Below, in pieces: positions 62,828 to 64,000 of a stretch of DNA of 64,000 bases. Both the position numbers and the translations under genes were made by a program. The stretch's first letter is position 1, and each line of letters begins with the position of its first letter. The DNA is from Paludibacteraceae bacterium (GTDB lineage: Bacteria; Bacteroidota; Bacteroidia; Bacteroidales; Paludibacteraceae), in NCBI GenBank assembly GCA_024693065.1, contig JAILLP010000030.1, positions 56,722 to 120,721 of the forward strand. Direction: 5' to 3'. The notes below the pieces were generated by a model that searched no databases, was not told the DNA's origin, and was given only the letters and a program-made list of their open reading frames with translations.

Positions 62828-64000
62828 ATGAAAGATATAGTTTCTCGCTTGGGCGTGGCAGTGTTGGCCCTCCTCTTCTCAGGTTCTCTCTATGCGGATC
62901 CGCCGGCTAACATGAGTGGTTGGACGATGGTCTTCAACGATGAGTTTGACGGTAACTCGTTGGACAAATCGAAGTGGAACCCGACCTATAACTGGGGACA
63001 TACCCATAACCACCGCGCCTATTGCGTGGAGGAGAACGTATCCGTTTCGGATGGTTTGCTACGCATCAAGGGCGAGGCGAAACGTCACCCGCAGGCTCCC
63101 GCCACGTGCAAGAGCGGTGACAAGACCTATTCGTTGGACTATACCTCTGGCGCCATTGACACGAGGGGTAAGTTTGAGGTGAAATACGGCTATATTGAGG
63201 GACGTTTCAAGATGCCGAAGCAATTGGGCACGTGGCCTGCGTTCTGGACGTTGCAGGATGGTTGGCCGCCTGAGATAGACATTTTCGAGGTGCCTCACGC
63301 AAGGAACCAGCATCATTACTACCTCCACTATACCAAGACGGATTGGTATGCCTCCCATGGCTCGGCTTGGGACCATGAGGCTTCCTTCGGCGGGGTGCAT
63401 ACGGGTCCGGACAAGTCCGCCGATTTCCACACCTATGGCTTGGAGTGGAACGATCAGTACCTGAGTTTCTATTTCGATGACCAATTGGTGGCGAGCTACA
63501 ACAAACCTTCTGAAATCAGCCAGTTGGCTAAGAATTATATCATCATCAACCTTGCCATCGGTGGTTGGGCCACGGACAATGGTAACCCGATTGAGGTGAC
63601 GAGCAACAATCCGGCCTACTTGGAGTGCGACTGGGTACGTGTGTGGTCGAAGAACTCCGCAACGGATTTGCCACAGGGCAAGGTGCGTTTCTACTCGATG
63701 GAGACGGGCGAGTGCTTGCAGGCGAATGGCAATGATATTGTGCTGGGCGATTGCAGCTCCTCCGCTTCCTTGGCTACGATAGCGGAGTCGGGTAGTGCCT
63801 ACCGTATCAACTTCGGCAATAAGGTGCTGGAGATACCGAACGAGACGAAGGAGGCGGGTGTCGCTGTCGGCCTGTGGGAGTGGAACGGCAAGGCGCATCA
63901 ACTGTTGGGCCTATCCAAGGAAAAGGATTACCCGGGCTTGGTGGTCAGCATGCGCTTCACACACAGTGGCTATTATGTCTTGACGGATAAGGGCGATGTG
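62828..64000 (+). CDS. GH16 beta-glucanase-like enzyme with a C-terminal ricin-like domain (3' end beyond the window)
   Basis: Not in the ORF track because it is open at the window end. My own translation from the ATG at 62828 gives MKDIVSRLGVAVLALLFSGSLYA (signal peptide), then NDEFDG, the catalytic PEIDIFEV (ExDxxE), LEWN and CDWVRVW. 391 codons without a stop. Confidence 0.8.
   Translation, partial: MKDIVSRLGVAVLALLFSGSLYADPPANMSGWTMVFNDEFDGNSLDKSKWNPTYNWGHTHNHRAYCVEENVSVSDGLLRIKGEAKRHPQAPATCKSGDKTYSLDYTSGAIDTRGKFEVKYGYIEGRFKMPKQLGTWPAFWTLQDGWPPEIDIFEVPHARNQHHYYLHYTKTDWYASHGSAWDHEASFGGVHTGPDKSADFHTYGLEWNDQYLSFYFDDQLVASYNKPSEISQLAKNYIIINLAIGGWATDNGNPIEVTSNNPAYLECDWVRVWSKNSATDLPQGKVRFYSMETGECLQANGNDIVLGDCSSSASLATIAESGSAYRINFGNKVLEIPNETKEAGVAVGLWEWNGKAHQLLGLSKEKDYPGLVVSMRFTHSGYYVLTDKGDV

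Noticed and set aside
1-64000. rRNA, tRNA, tmRNA and RNase P genes; transposases, integrases and diversity-generating retroelement components.
   Set aside because: I scanned the longer non-coding gaps (9.9-10.2, 12.5-13.0, 25.3-25.7, 26.3-26.8, 46.2-47.3, 48.0-48.3, 59.4-59.7 kb) by eye. I found no cloverleaf-like or conserved core sequences, and no ORF resembles these protein families.

Overview
This is a 64-kb chromosomal segment from a Bacteroidota (Bacteroidales-like) genome. Supporting signs are recurrent TAnnTTTG -7 promoter boxes, at least six proteins with type IX secretion (T9SS) C-terminal sorting domains, a UpxY-type NusG paralogue and DUF1573 proteins. Housekeeping anchors are rarA (partial), lpxH, cls, metA, valS, thioredoxin, dnaK and pgk. 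I call about 45 protein genes. I found no rRNA, tRNA, CRISPR array, transposase or integrase. Main points of interest:
1. A single 14.4-kb ORF (26819-41209) encodes a ~4,800-aa T9SS cargo. It has six tandem beta-helix modules, three of them near-identical at the DNA level, followed by a long unassigned C-terminal half.
2. An AT-rich three-gene islet (41.3-43.9 kb) carries a lipoprotein, an AbiH-family abortive-infection gene and a DUF1643 gene.
3. A gap-free four-gene cassette encodes hipB, hipA, a LOG-family enzyme and a sacsin-like GHKL ATPase (3.6-8.3 kb).
4. A radical SAM/SPASM enzyme is translationally coupled to two paralogous small lipoproteins (15.8-17.9 kb).
5. Intergenic arrays hold 13 exact copies of the 11-mer ATTTACTATTT or its complement, next to three related long palindromes; the third palindrome covers a -7 box (47.0-48.3 kb).
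6. A DUF1573 / TlpA-like (monothiol) / CcdA-like / DUF1573 operon.
7. A C69 dipeptidase homologue has Gly where the nucleophile Cys is expected.
All family assignments come from reading motifs by eye. No database search, HMM, folding or composition program was run, so product names are hypotheses of varying strength.
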